Assembly (NCBI GenBank): GCA_041398705.1
Contig: JAWKUI010000009.1
Location: 111,372-175,371, forward strand
Length of the DNA stretch: 64,000 bases
Direction: 5' to 3'
Origin: Planctomycetota bacterium
GTDB taxonomy: Bacteria > Planctomycetota > UBA1135 > GCA-002686595
Under the pieces are notes generated by a model. The model had not been told where the DNA came from. It searched no databases and worked only from the letters and a program-made list of their open reading frames with translations. The number at the start of each line of letters is the position of its first letter. Position 1 is the stretch's first letter. This document shows, piece after piece, positions 45,384-53,571 of the stretch. The translations under genes were made by a program, and so were the position numbers.

Positions 45384-47108
45384 GTGAATTGCCTGATCCC
45401 GATTGCCGCATGGTTGTGCACCGCGCCGTTGGTGTCTGCCCAAACCGGTCCCGTCTTGCCTGGCGTCGAAACCCTTGGCCGCCTGGGCAGCCTTGGCAGC
45501 GGTCCCCAGGTGATCGCGCTGGTGGAAACACGCCTGCTCGCGCCCGGCGAAGACCTCCCCGCCCTGCTGCCTTCGATCGAACGCTGGCAGGCGGATCTGG
45601 CCGCGGAGGGGTTCCAGGCGAGCGCGGTGGCGGTCGGCTTTGAAGAAAGCTCTGGCCACCGCGACGGGCGCGTATTGCTGGGATTGCGCGATTGGCTGCG
45701 CGCCGAAGCCGAGAAGGCGCCCCTCGCCGGCGTGCTGCTCGTCGGCCGGTTCCCCGATGCCCTGCTCGTGCGCAGCGTCAATTGGCGCAAGCAAGGCAAG
45801 ATCGAGATCGACGGCGAAGCCTACGCCGATGTGCCCTACCTGCGGCGCGTGCCCGAAGACGTGGCCCACCGTGCCGACATCGTCCTCGCCGACCTCGATG
45901 GGAATTGGGAGGCGTGTTACCACGAAGCCCCCGAATTGCTGCCCTCGTGGATCGCGGCCTATCCGGCAGGCATTCCGGAACGGGGCGGTCCCTTCGCACG
46001 GCTCGAGACCGGGCAGAAACCCTTCGAGGATTTCTTCTTGGTCGACGACGGGCGCCTGGTGGTGGCTGAACACAGCCTGGACCTGGACGATTCCAACGCC
46101 AACCACGAAGTGGCGGCCGGGGAGCGCGGAACGCCGAACATTTTGGCCCAACCCGACATCTGGGTGGGCCGACTCGACGCGCGGGGCACGGCGATGGTGC
46201 CGCGGCCCGAGTGCGCATTGTTCGACGATACGGGCCAGCCGGTGCGCCGGGACTTCGAGTCCAAGCCCCCCCATTGGCGCGATGGGTTGTGGCAGGCCGA
46301 TGCCCGCCTCGAGCGCCAGCTTCTGATCGAGTACTTCGAGCGCAACCACAGCTACCGTACCAGCGGAAGCCCGGCAGAGGCCTGGCGCCCGGCATCGATC
46401 GCCTGCGGACTGCGGTCGGGCTATCGCGAGATGGCCTCCGCCCGCGAAGATTGGCGCGGCGCAGATGCAAAGCACCTCGATGTCGGCGAGCAAGCGACCC
46501 TCGCGCAATTCGTCGACTGGATCGCCCAGCCTGCGGTGCTGCGCACCGTGCGCGCCCACTCCGACCCGTGGGGCAGCGTCTTCGGCAAATCACCGACGAA
46601 AGAACTGGACGCGCAACTGGCGCCGATCTGGAGCTGGAGTTCCTTGGAAAACGTCCTGGCCCCTTCGCTGGCGTCCCCCTGCTCCGGCGGCAAACTCGAT
46701 TGGTTCCTGCTGCACACCCTCTGGCGCAACCACGCGACGGCGGGCGCCCCTGCGTTCTACGTACACACCGGCTGCGAGGGCATCTCCCCGCCCGGTTGGC
46801 GCAACCGTCCGTTCCAGGACGCGGGGTACGGGGTGCGCCAAGGCGGCGAAGCGTTGCTCTTCTTTGGCGACGGCCTGGCGCTGGTGGGTCGCGCAAAGGT
46901 CTTCTACGACGAGCCGCGCGGCTTTGCAGCGGCGCTCGGCCGCGGCGGGACCGTGGGTGAGGCCTGGCGCGAATACTTCCGCCTCGAAGCCCAGGAGCCG
47001 GGCAAAGGCGTGGGCGACATCGGCCGCAAGCGCGCCTACTTCTGGAGCCTGCTCGGCGACCCGACCCTGCGCCTCCTGCCCCCGCGCGAACGGGATTCCG
47101 GCAAATAA
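45384..47108 (+). CDS. hypothetical secreted protein (possible clan-CD/C25-like cysteine peptidase fold, speculative)
   Basis: GTG 45384 with signal peptide MNCLIPIAAWLCTAPLVSAQ. 'GVLLVGRFPDALL', 'VLRTVRAHSDPWG' and 'AFYVHTGCEGIS' loosely resemble strand-His / strand-Cys dyads of clan CD. No firm motif. Confidence 0.45.
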   Translation: MNCLIPIAAWLCTAPLVSAQTGPVLPGVETLGRLGSLGSGPQVIALVETRLLAPGEDLPALLPSIERWQADLAAEGFQASAVAVGFEESSGHRDGRVLLGLRDWLRAEAEKAPLAGVLLVGRFPDALLVRSVNWRKQGKIEIDGEAYADVPYLRRVPEDVAHRADIVLADLDGNWEACYHEAPELLPSWIAAYPAGIPERGGPFARLETGQKPFEDFFLVDDGRLVVAEHSLDLDDSNANHEVAAGERGTPNILAQPDIWVGRLDARGTAMVPRPECALFDDTGQPVRRDFESKPPHWRDGLWQADARLERQLLIEYFERNHSYRTSGSPAEAWRPASIACGLRSGYREMASAREDWRGADAKHLDVGEQATLAQFVDWIAQPAVLRTVRAHSDPWGSVFGKSPTKELDAQLAPIWSWSSLENVLAPSLASPCSGGKLDWFLLHTLWRNHATAGAPAFYVHTGCEGISPPGWRNRPFQDAGYGVRQGGEALLFFGDGLALVGRAKVFYDEPRGFAAALGRGGTVGEAWREYFRLEAQEPGKGVGDIGRKRAYFWSLLGDPTLRLLPPRERDSGK

Positions 47109-47142
47109 AAAAAGTAGCGGCCCCCGCCGGGCGGGAGCCGCT
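47107..47142 (-). terminator. rho-independent terminator of the M43 protease gene
   Basis: Minus strand reads agcggctcccgcccggcgggggccgct, about 10 bp with one mismatch, followed by acTTTTTTTatt. It lies between two convergent genes. Confidence 0.6.
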
Positions 47143-47166
47143 GCCAAACGGATCAAGCGGGCCGGA

Positions 47167-48933
47167 TCAGTTGCCGGTCACCACGATGTTGTCCAGGTAC
47201 GCGTACTCGTTGGTACGGTTCGCGTTGGTGGAGAAGGTCAGGGTGATGGTGCCGCTGTTCAGGTTGTTGGCGGTCACCGTCGAGTGGATGAAGCTGCCGG
47301 AGTTGCCGGTGAAGGTGGCGCTACCTTTGGTCACGCCGCCCTGCACCACGGTCACGGTCAGCGCTTCCCCGCTGTCGTACCCCGAGGCGCGGCGGTCGAA
47401 TTCCACCGTCAGCGAGGTCGAACCCGCCGGAGCGAAGGTCGTGCGCAGCCAGGAGCTGCGGCGCAGACGGGCACCGTAGCCCCCGTTGCCGTAGCTCGAG
47501 CCGATTACCACGTAGTTGGTGCTGCTACGCGACCAACCGCCCGCGGTGAACCCGCCGCTCTGGAAGTCCTCGGTGAACAACGACCCCCCGCCGGTGCCGC
47601 CGGCTTCGGTGGTGAAGGACCAAGTGGCCGACGAGGTGCTACCCGCGCTGTTGTTCGCGACGACGCGCCAGAAGTAGGTGGTGCTGTTCGCCAGCCCCGT
47701 CGGAGCCCAGCTCGTGCCGCTGACCGACGCGGCCAGGGGCGGGTTGCTGGTGGTGCCGAAGTACACGTTGTAGCCGGTCGCGCCGGTGGAGGCGGCCCAG
47801 CCAAGGCTCACGTTCGTGGCCACCGCGGTGGCGCCGTTCGCCGGCGACGGGCTGGTCGGTGCAGTCGGCGGGTTGCCGGGGTTCGTGCCGCCTTCCCAAC
47901 CGGTCAGATCCACACGCCAGTTCTCCAGGGTGCAGCGCATACGGTTCACCTGCTCGGCGCTGAAGTGGTTCATGCACGCGTCTTCCGAGTAGTCCATGAA
48001 GTTCTGCACCGGGTCGGGCGTGCCGCAGGTCGTGCGCGAGCAACCCGAGTAGTTCGGCGATTGTTCCGTGTTGGTGTCACAGATCAGGTCGCCGTTGCTG
48101 TAGCAGCTTCCCGTGTGGCAGCCGCCCTGGAACGTGTGGTACAGGCCCAGGTAGTGCCCCACTTCGTGGGTCGTGGTGCGACCCAGGTGATACGGGGTGT
48201 AGTTGGTGTAGCCGAAGGAGTTCCACAGGATGCGCACCCCGTCGAAACTCGCCCCCACCACGCCGCCGCCCGAGGGCACGTACGCGTACCCGAGGTTGCC
48301 GCCGGCGGTGTTGGTGTAGATGTTCAGGTAGCGGGTGGTATCCCAACCGATCGACGCGGCGTAGCTGCCCCCATCGTTGTACCAGGTGGTGTTCTGGTGG
48401 CGGGTGATGCCGGTGGTCGCGTTGCCGCTCGGATCGACGGTCGCCAGGTGGAACTGGATGTTGCCACCGCTCAGGGTGCCGAAATCCTCGTTCAGGATCT
48501 GGATCTGCTCGAAGATGCGCGCATCGGGGATGTTGCCGGTACCGGAGCTCGAGTAGAGCACGTGCACGACGACCGGAATGTCGTAGAGCACGCCGCCGCC
48601 GGGGTTGTAGGAGGCATCGGGCACGGTGAGGCTGGCCGAGCAGTCGTTGACGCTGCCCGCGAACCACGCCGGGGTCGGGTGGGGTTCGCGCTCCATACCG
48701 CAGCGCGCGCCGTTGTTCATGAAGAAGCTCGACGACAGGTACTCATCCCAGTCCTGGAAGACGGTGGTACCGCTGCCATCGCTGGCCACGATCAGACCGC
48801 TGTCCAGTTGGTAGACCTGGAAGCGGCCGGGCTGGAACAGGTTGGCGTCCTGAACCTGCGGGGCAGCGAAAGCGGGCGCGGAGGAGAGGCAAAAGGCGCC
48901 GAGCGACGCCAGAAGGAAGGGTCGTGTTTTCAA
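47167..48933 (-). CDS. secreted M43 (pappalysin/ulilysin-like) zinc metalloprotease with FN3-like and C-terminal beta-sandwich domains
   Basis: 'TTHEVGHYLGLYHTFQGGC' (HExxHxxGxxH). FN3-like 'PSPANGATAVATNVSLGWAASTGATGYNVYFGTTSNPP...TTYFWRVVANNSAG'. Start proposed at TTG 48933, giving the signal peptide (M)KTRPFLLASLGAFCLSSAPAFA/AP. Confidence 0.8.
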   Translation of the reverse strand: MKTRPFLLASLGAFCLSSAPAFAAPQVQDANLFQPGRFQVYQLDSGLIVASDGSGTTVFQDWDEYLSSSFFMNNGARCGMEREPHPTPAWFAGSVNDCSASLTVPDASYNPGGGVLYDIPVVVHVLYSSSGTGNIPDARIFEQIQILNEDFGTLSGGNIQFHLATVDPSGNATTGITRHQNTTWYNDGGSYAASIGWDTTRYLNIYTNTAGGNLGYAYVPSGGGVVGASFDGVRILWNSFGYTNYTPYHLGRTTTHEVGHYLGLYHTFQGGCHTGSCYSNGDLICDTNTEQSPNYSGCSRTTCGTPDPVQNFMDYSEDACMNHFSAEQVNRMRCTLENWRVDLTGWEGGTNPGNPPTAPTSPSPANGATAVATNVSLGWAASTGATGYNVYFGTTSNPPLAASVSGTSWAPTGLANSTTYFWRVVANNSAGSTSSATWSFTTEAGGTGGGSLFTEDFQSGGFTAGGWSRSSTNYVVIGSSYGNGGYGARLRRSSWLRTTFAPAGSTSLTVEFDRRASGYDSGEALTVTVVQGGVTKGSATFTGNSGSFIHSTVTANNLNSGTITLTFSTNANRTNEYAYLDNIVVTGN

Positions 48934-49280
48934 GGCAGTGTTGGACAGGGTAGGCAGGGCCCTGATACGGGGTGGGAGAGGATGGGGAACCGGCAATCGG
49001 CGCCCTCTGGTCCGAATATGCCAACCGGTCTCAATCCCGCCAGGGCCTTTTTCCCGGGGTCAGAAACTGTCCCCAAAGCGGGCGGATCGCGACGAATCGT
49101 CAGTGTCCGAAACCGGGACGGGACTACCGGGGCCGGGTTCGGCGAAGCCGTGGACCCCCGCCAGGGGCCCCCCAAGGCCGTGTCGGAACTGTAATCGGGA
49201 ATTTTCCGGCACTGACAATGCCGTTCGGCAAAGTGTCGACGACTCCCTATCCCTGCTCCCTCAACCGGAGGCTCTTCGCA

Positions 49281-51587
49281 ATGCGAACCATCCACATCGG
49301 CGTGCTGCTCGCCGCCCTGGCACCTTCCCTGTGCCAAGGGGCTTCCGCCCAGGACCGCGTCCTGGCGTGGAACGACCTGGGCATGCACTGCCTCGACCCG
49401 GACTTCTCCATCTTCTCCATCCTTCCCCCGTTCAACACGCTCAACATCCAGGTGATCCGCGCGGGTCAACTGGTGACGGGCACCGGTCAAGTGCAGGTGA
49501 CGTATCAAGCCCAGGCGGACGCCGATGGCTCGATCAACACCTCCTCGATCGGCAAGACGAACTTCTGGGACTACAGCACCGCGTTGTTCGGCGCGAACCT
49601 TGCCCCGGATACCGGTCTCGCCGGGTATTCGATGCCGGGCGCCGCGAACACGCCCCAGCAGGTCGGCTTCGACAACGCCTGGGCCTGGTTCCACGCCGAA
49701 GGCATCCCCTTTACCCCCATCGATGATGGTGGCGCGGACAACCCCTACCCGCTGCTCAAGTTCCAGGCGCGCTCCACCACCGGAGCGCTGCTGGCGGAAA
49801 CTGTCGCCAGCGTGCCGAACTCCAAGGAGATGGAGTGCTCGCGGTGCCACGCCTCGGGTGCCAACCCGGCCGCGCGCCCGTCGAGCGGCTGGACGTACGA
49901 GGTCAACACCCTCGAAGACGACCGCTTCAACATCCTGCGCCTGCACGACGATCTGCAGGGCGGCACGCCGCGTTACGCCACGTCCCTGCAACTGGCTGGG
50001 TTCGACCCCGCTGGTCTCGAGGCCACCGTGCGCAACACCGGCACCCCGATCCTGTGCGCGAAGTGCCACCCGTCCAACGCCCTGCCGGGTTCGGGCCTGT
50101 ACTTCATCTCCCCGATGACGCGCGCCATGCACGCGGGCCACGCCCAGGTGTCGGACTTCATGGGCAACTCCCTGAACGCCCCCACCGGCCGTGCCGCGTG
50201 TTACACCTGCCACCCCGGCGCCAAGACCCAGTGTCTGCGCGGCGCGATGGGCAAGGCGATCGGTCCCGATGGCGACAAGGCCATGGACTGCCAGTCCTGC
50301 CACGGCGACATGGAGACGGTCGGATCCTGGGATCGCCAGGGTTGGTTCGAAGAGCCGAACTGCCAGGCGTGCCACGCCGGCTCGGCCACCCAGAACCCGG
50401 GCCAGATCCGCTATGACCACGCGTTCGACGCGAACGGGGATCTGCGCCAGGCCACTACGAACCTCTTCGCTACCAACGACGACACCCCGGCCCCGGGCAT
50501 CTCCCTGTACCGCTTCTCGACCGGCCACGGCGACCTGCAGTGCTCGGCGTGCCACGGCCCGCCCCACGCGATCTACCCCACCTCGGAAGCCAACGACAAC
50601 CAGCAGAGCGTCGCGTTCCAAGGCCATGAGGGCACGATCCAGGAGTGCAGCTCCTGCCACAACAGCCTGACCGCCGCCCAGCGCGTGAACGGCCCCCACG
50701 GGATGCACCCGAGCAACTCCGCCTGGGTCAACAACCAGCACGGGGATTGGGTGGAGACCAACGGCTCGGCCTCCTGCCGGGTGTGCCACGGCACGGATTC
50801 GCGCGGCACGATCCTGTCCGAAGCCAAAGCGGACCGCACCTTCAACACCCAATTCGGTACGAAGCAGTTCTACCGTGGGTTCCAGGTCGGTTGTTACGCC
50901 TGCCACGACGGCCCGAACGATGGCGATGCCAACAACAACTCGGCGCCCGTGGTGCAGAACATCTCGGTCAGCACTCCGAGCGACCTGTCGATCCAGATCC
51001 CCTTCCAGGGCAGCGATGCCAACGGCACCGCGCTGACCTACAAGCTGATCACCCAGCCGCAAAGCGGCACCGCGGGTTGGAACGCGAGCAGCACCACGTA
51101 CTACCCGGACCGCGCCTTCCAGGGCACGGTGACCTACCAGTACGCGGCGTGGGACGGCGAGGTCCAGTCCCAGCGCGGCACGATCACCGTCCAGGTGACC
51201 GCTCCGTCGTGCACCGCTGAAGTCGAGGAATTCGGCTTCGGTTGCCCCGGTTCGAACGGCGAGACCCCGCGCATGACCCTGAGCGGTTGCGCGAACCCCG
51301 GCTCCACGGTGCAGCTGCACCTGGACCGCGCTACCCCGAACACCTTCGTGTACATGGTCCAGGGCAGTGCCCGCCAGGTGCGTGAACTGTGGTTGGGTTG
51401 CGTGTTGCGCGTGGCTTCTCCGATCACCTTGAGCCTGGTGCAGACCGATGCCAACGGCGAGCTGAACTACGACGTGACCCTGCCCACCGGCGCCGGGGAC
51501 ACCGTGGTGATGCAAGCCTTTGTGCTCGACCTGTCGATGGGCACCCGCGGAACCTTCTCGAACGCGATCGAGATCCGCCTCCCCTAG
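49281..51587 (+). CDS. secreted multihaem (nine CXXCH) c-type cytochrome with C-terminal Ig/cadherin-like region
   Basis: Signal peptide MRTIHIGVLLAALAPSLCQGASA. Nine CXXCH motifs: CSRCH, CAKCH, CYTCH, CQSCH, CQACH, CSACH, CSSCH, CRVCH, CYACH. ATG 49281 lies within ORF 48972... Confidence 0.85.
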   Translation: MRTIHIGVLLAALAPSLCQGASAQDRVLAWNDLGMHCLDPDFSIFSILPPFNTLNIQVIRAGQLVTGTGQVQVTYQAQADADGSINTSSIGKTNFWDYSTALFGANLAPDTGLAGYSMPGAANTPQQVGFDNAWAWFHAEGIPFTPIDDGGADNPYPLLKFQARSTTGALLAETVASVPNSKEMECSRCHASGANPAARPSSGWTYEVNTLEDDRFNILRLHDDLQGGTPRYATSLQLAGFDPAGLEATVRNTGTPILCAKCHPSNALPGSGLYFISPMTRAMHAGHAQVSDFMGNSLNAPTGRAACYTCHPGAKTQCLRGAMGKAIGPDGDKAMDCQSCHGDMETVGSWDRQGWFEEPNCQACHAGSATQNPGQIRYDHAFDANGDLRQATTNLFATNDDTPAPGISLYRFSTGHGDLQCSACHGPPHAIYPTSEANDNQQSVAFQGHEGTIQECSSCHNSLTAAQRVNGPHGMHPSNSAWVNNQHGDWVETNGSASCRVCHGTDSRGTILSEAKADRTFNTQFGTKQFYRGFQVGCYACHDGPNDGDANNNSAPVVQNISVSTPSDLSIQIPFQGSDANGTALTYKLITQPQSGTAGWNASSTTYYPDRAFQGTVTYQYAAWDGEVQSQRGTITVQVTAPSCTAEVEEFGFGCPGSNGETPRMTLSGCANPGSTVQLHLDRATPNTFVYMVQGSARQVRELWLGCVLRVASPITLSLVQTDANGELNYDVTLPTGAGDTVVMQAFVLDLSMGTRGTFSNAIEIRLP

Positions 51588-51604
51588 GAGCAGGGGCGGA
51601 TCCC

Positions 51605-51644
51605 GGCCCCCCAGGCGTCTGCCGCCTGGGGGGCCTTTTTTTTT
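51605..51644 (+). terminator. rho-independent terminator of the multihaem cytochrome gene
   Basis: ggccccccaggcg-tctgc-cgcctggggggcc, a 13-bp perfect stem, followed by nine T. Confidence 0.85.
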
Positions 51645-51782
51645 GTCCCAGCGGTCGGCTGCACTGGGATTTCCTTCGCCCAAGACCAAACGGGGCGGCC
51701 GCGTCCGGCAAAGGGTGCTTCCACAGTGGACATCCCCTGGACCCGTGCCAAGATGGCGGCTCCAAGCCCCTGATCCCAACCC

Positions 51783-52769
51783 ATGAAGCAACTCTCTCTT
51801 TTGCTCGTTTGCGCTCCCCTGATCGGCGCGTGCCAATCGGATTCCTACGAAACCTCGCACGGCATGCGGCAGGCGAGCGCGGACACCGCGGCCGATGCCC
51901 AAACCCTCGCCCGGGAAGCGGCGGCCCAGGTGGAAAGCACCATGGAAGCGGTGGCCAACCCCGAGCAGTACCGCGACCTGCAACCGGCGGAACTCGACGC
52001 GCAGGTCCAGGCCAAACTCGATCGCCTGGTGCGCGAAATGGCCACGGCCCAAGAAGCCAACGCGTCCACCGAATCCCTGACGGTCGAACCGGTGATCGTC
52101 GACGAGGATTGGGCGGAGGCCGGTCCGGACGATGTGATGCTCGACGGGGAGATGCTGAGCGAGAGCATCGTCGACGAGCAATTCGAGCAATCGGACATCG
52201 TGGAAGAGAGCGTGCGCGAAGCCAGCGCCTCCCTCGACGAGATCTCCCCGGAAGCGGACATGGCCCAGATGATGGCGCGCATGGCGGAGATCGGCACCAC
52301 CGGCATCGAGCACGAGCGCCTGCAGCCGATGCTGGGCACGTTCAACGCCACCGTGCGCTACTGGATGATGCCCGGCGGTGAGCCGACCCTGTCCACCGGC
52401 ACCATGAAGAACACCTGGATCCTCGGCGGACGGTTCCTGCAGGGGGACTACTCGGGCTCGTTCGAGGGCATGCCCTTCGTCGGCCTGTCGCTCACGGGAT
52501 ACGACAAGGTGCGCGGCAAGTACGTCGGAAGCTGGGTCGACTCGAGCAGCACCGCCATGGCCAACATCTCCACCGGCGAGATGTCCAAGGATGGACGCAC
52601 GATCACGTTCTACCGCAACAGCCCCGACTGCATGACCGGCAAGGACACCGATTCGAAAGAAGTGCTGGAGATCATCGACGCCAACACCCACCGCATGTCG
52701 ATGTGGGGCCCGGCGCCCGATGGCACCTGGTTCAAGATGATGGTGATCGACTACTCCCGCGCTCGCTGA
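51783..52769 (+). CDS. lipoprotein with acidic linker and C-terminal DUF1579-like domain
   Basis: Lipobox 'LIGAC'. C-terminus 'LGTFNATVRYWMMPGGEP...WILGGRFLQGDYSGSFEGMPFVGLSLTGYDKVRGKYVGSWVDSSST' matches the DUF1579 pattern as I recall it. Confidence 0.6.
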   Translation: MKQLSLLLVCAPLIGACQSDSYETSHGMRQASADTAADAQTLAREAAAQVESTMEAVANPEQYRDLQPAELDAQVQAKLDRLVREMATAQEANASTESLTVEPVIVDEDWAEAGPDDVMLDGEMLSESIVDEQFEQSDIVEESVREASASLDEISPEADMAQMMARMAEIGTTGIEHERLQPMLGTFNATVRYWMMPGGEPTLSTGTMKNTWILGGRFLQGDYSGSFEGMPFVGLSLTGYDKVRGKYVGSWVDSSSTAMANISTGEMSKDGRTITFYRNSPDCMTGKDTDSKEVLEIIDANTHRMSMWGPAPDGTWFKMMVIDYSRAR

Positions 52770-52791
52770 TCCGGGGATTGCCTCGAAACGC

Positions 52792-52832
52792 CGACGGGCC
52801 GCTTTCCCTGGGGAAGGCGGCCCGTCGCTTTT
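52792..52832 (+). terminator. rho-independent terminator
   Basis: cgacgggccgc...gcggcccgtcg, an 11-bp perfect stem that extends through tttccc/gggaag, followed by cTTTTc. It sits between convergent genes. Confidence 0.6.
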
Positions 52833-52845
52833 CAACCCGAATTCC

Positions 52846-53469
52846 TCAGGCCACCCGCTCGCGCGGCCCGTCGACATGCGGCGGCGGAACGGGCCGGCCC
52901 CCTTCGAAGCAGATCTTCGCTTCGTGCGGACCGCTCGCATCGCCGTCGACGCGGACCTCCACCATCATGCGGGAAGGGTGGTCCGGTTCGGTGGGCAGTA
53001 GCCACAGGCGCAGGGGAATCACGCCGGGATGGTTGCCGGGATCCTGCGAATCGCGCACCGCCGTCACCAGCGCCTGCCGATAGCTCGACGGATCCTTGAG
53101 GAACTCGCGGTAGAGGTCCTGCTGTTCTTTGCTGGGCCCTTCGCCCCCGGCTTCGACCGCCACGGGCACCCAGGAGCCTTCCCACTGCACGCGCTCGCGC
53201 GCCAACCAGACCCCGTCCTCGAAACTCTCGAGCGGTCCGAAGATCGGATCCTGACGAATGGCGATCGGCGCTTCGCTTTCCTCTTCGCGGCGCAGGGCCA
53301 GGTCCCAGAAGACGGCCATCGCTCCGGACACCAGCAGCCACACGGCCCACCAGGAAAGGTCGAAGCGGGCAGCGGCCAGGCTGGCCACGGGGCCACCGAT
53401 CAGCACGGCCAACATGGCCGGAGCCAACAGATAGCGGTACCAGGGGGCCTGGGTGAGGGAGGCAGACAT
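52846..53469 (-). CDS. hypothetical membrane protein
   Basis: Two N-terminal hydrophobic helices (YLLAPAMLAVLIGGPVASLAA, WWAVWLLVSGAMAVFW) followed by a soluble domain. No motif recognised. Confidence 0.5.
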   Translation of the reverse strand: MSASLTQAPWYRYLLAPAMLAVLIGGPVASLAAARFDLSWWAVWLLVSGAMAVFWDLALRREEESEAPIAIRQDPIFGPLESFEDGVWLARERVQWEGSWVPVAVEAGGEGPSKEQQDLYREFLKDPSSYRQALVTAVRDSQDPGNHPGVIPLRLWLLPTEPDHPSRMMVEVRVDGDASGPHEAKICFEGGRPVPPPHVDGPRERVA

Positions 53470-53571
53470 ACTTCAGCTTTCGACCCCCCACCCCGGAGCC
53501 TTGAGGCCTTTCCCGCCCGCCCCCCACGCCGCCGGCCCCTTCCCGGTCCCAATCCGGTACGATCCCGCCCT

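Noticed and set aside
48930-52940. Very long ORFs antisense to or overlapping annotated genes. Examples: 48930..52940 - (1336 aa), 21648..24812 +, 32877..35825 +, 32824..35007 -, 46465..49194 +, 39883..42126 -, 42071..44104 -, 44937..46559 -, 60304..62775 +, 17804..20371 +, 7966..9570 -, 9513..11042 -, 24617..26089 -, 35098..36711 -.
   Set aside because: These are typical high-GC shadow ORFs. Their products are Arg/Gly/Ala/Pro-rich low-complexity strings without motifs. The opposite or alternate frame carries clear family signatures such as CXXCH haems, GlyRS, Top6, lipase and radical-SAM motifs.
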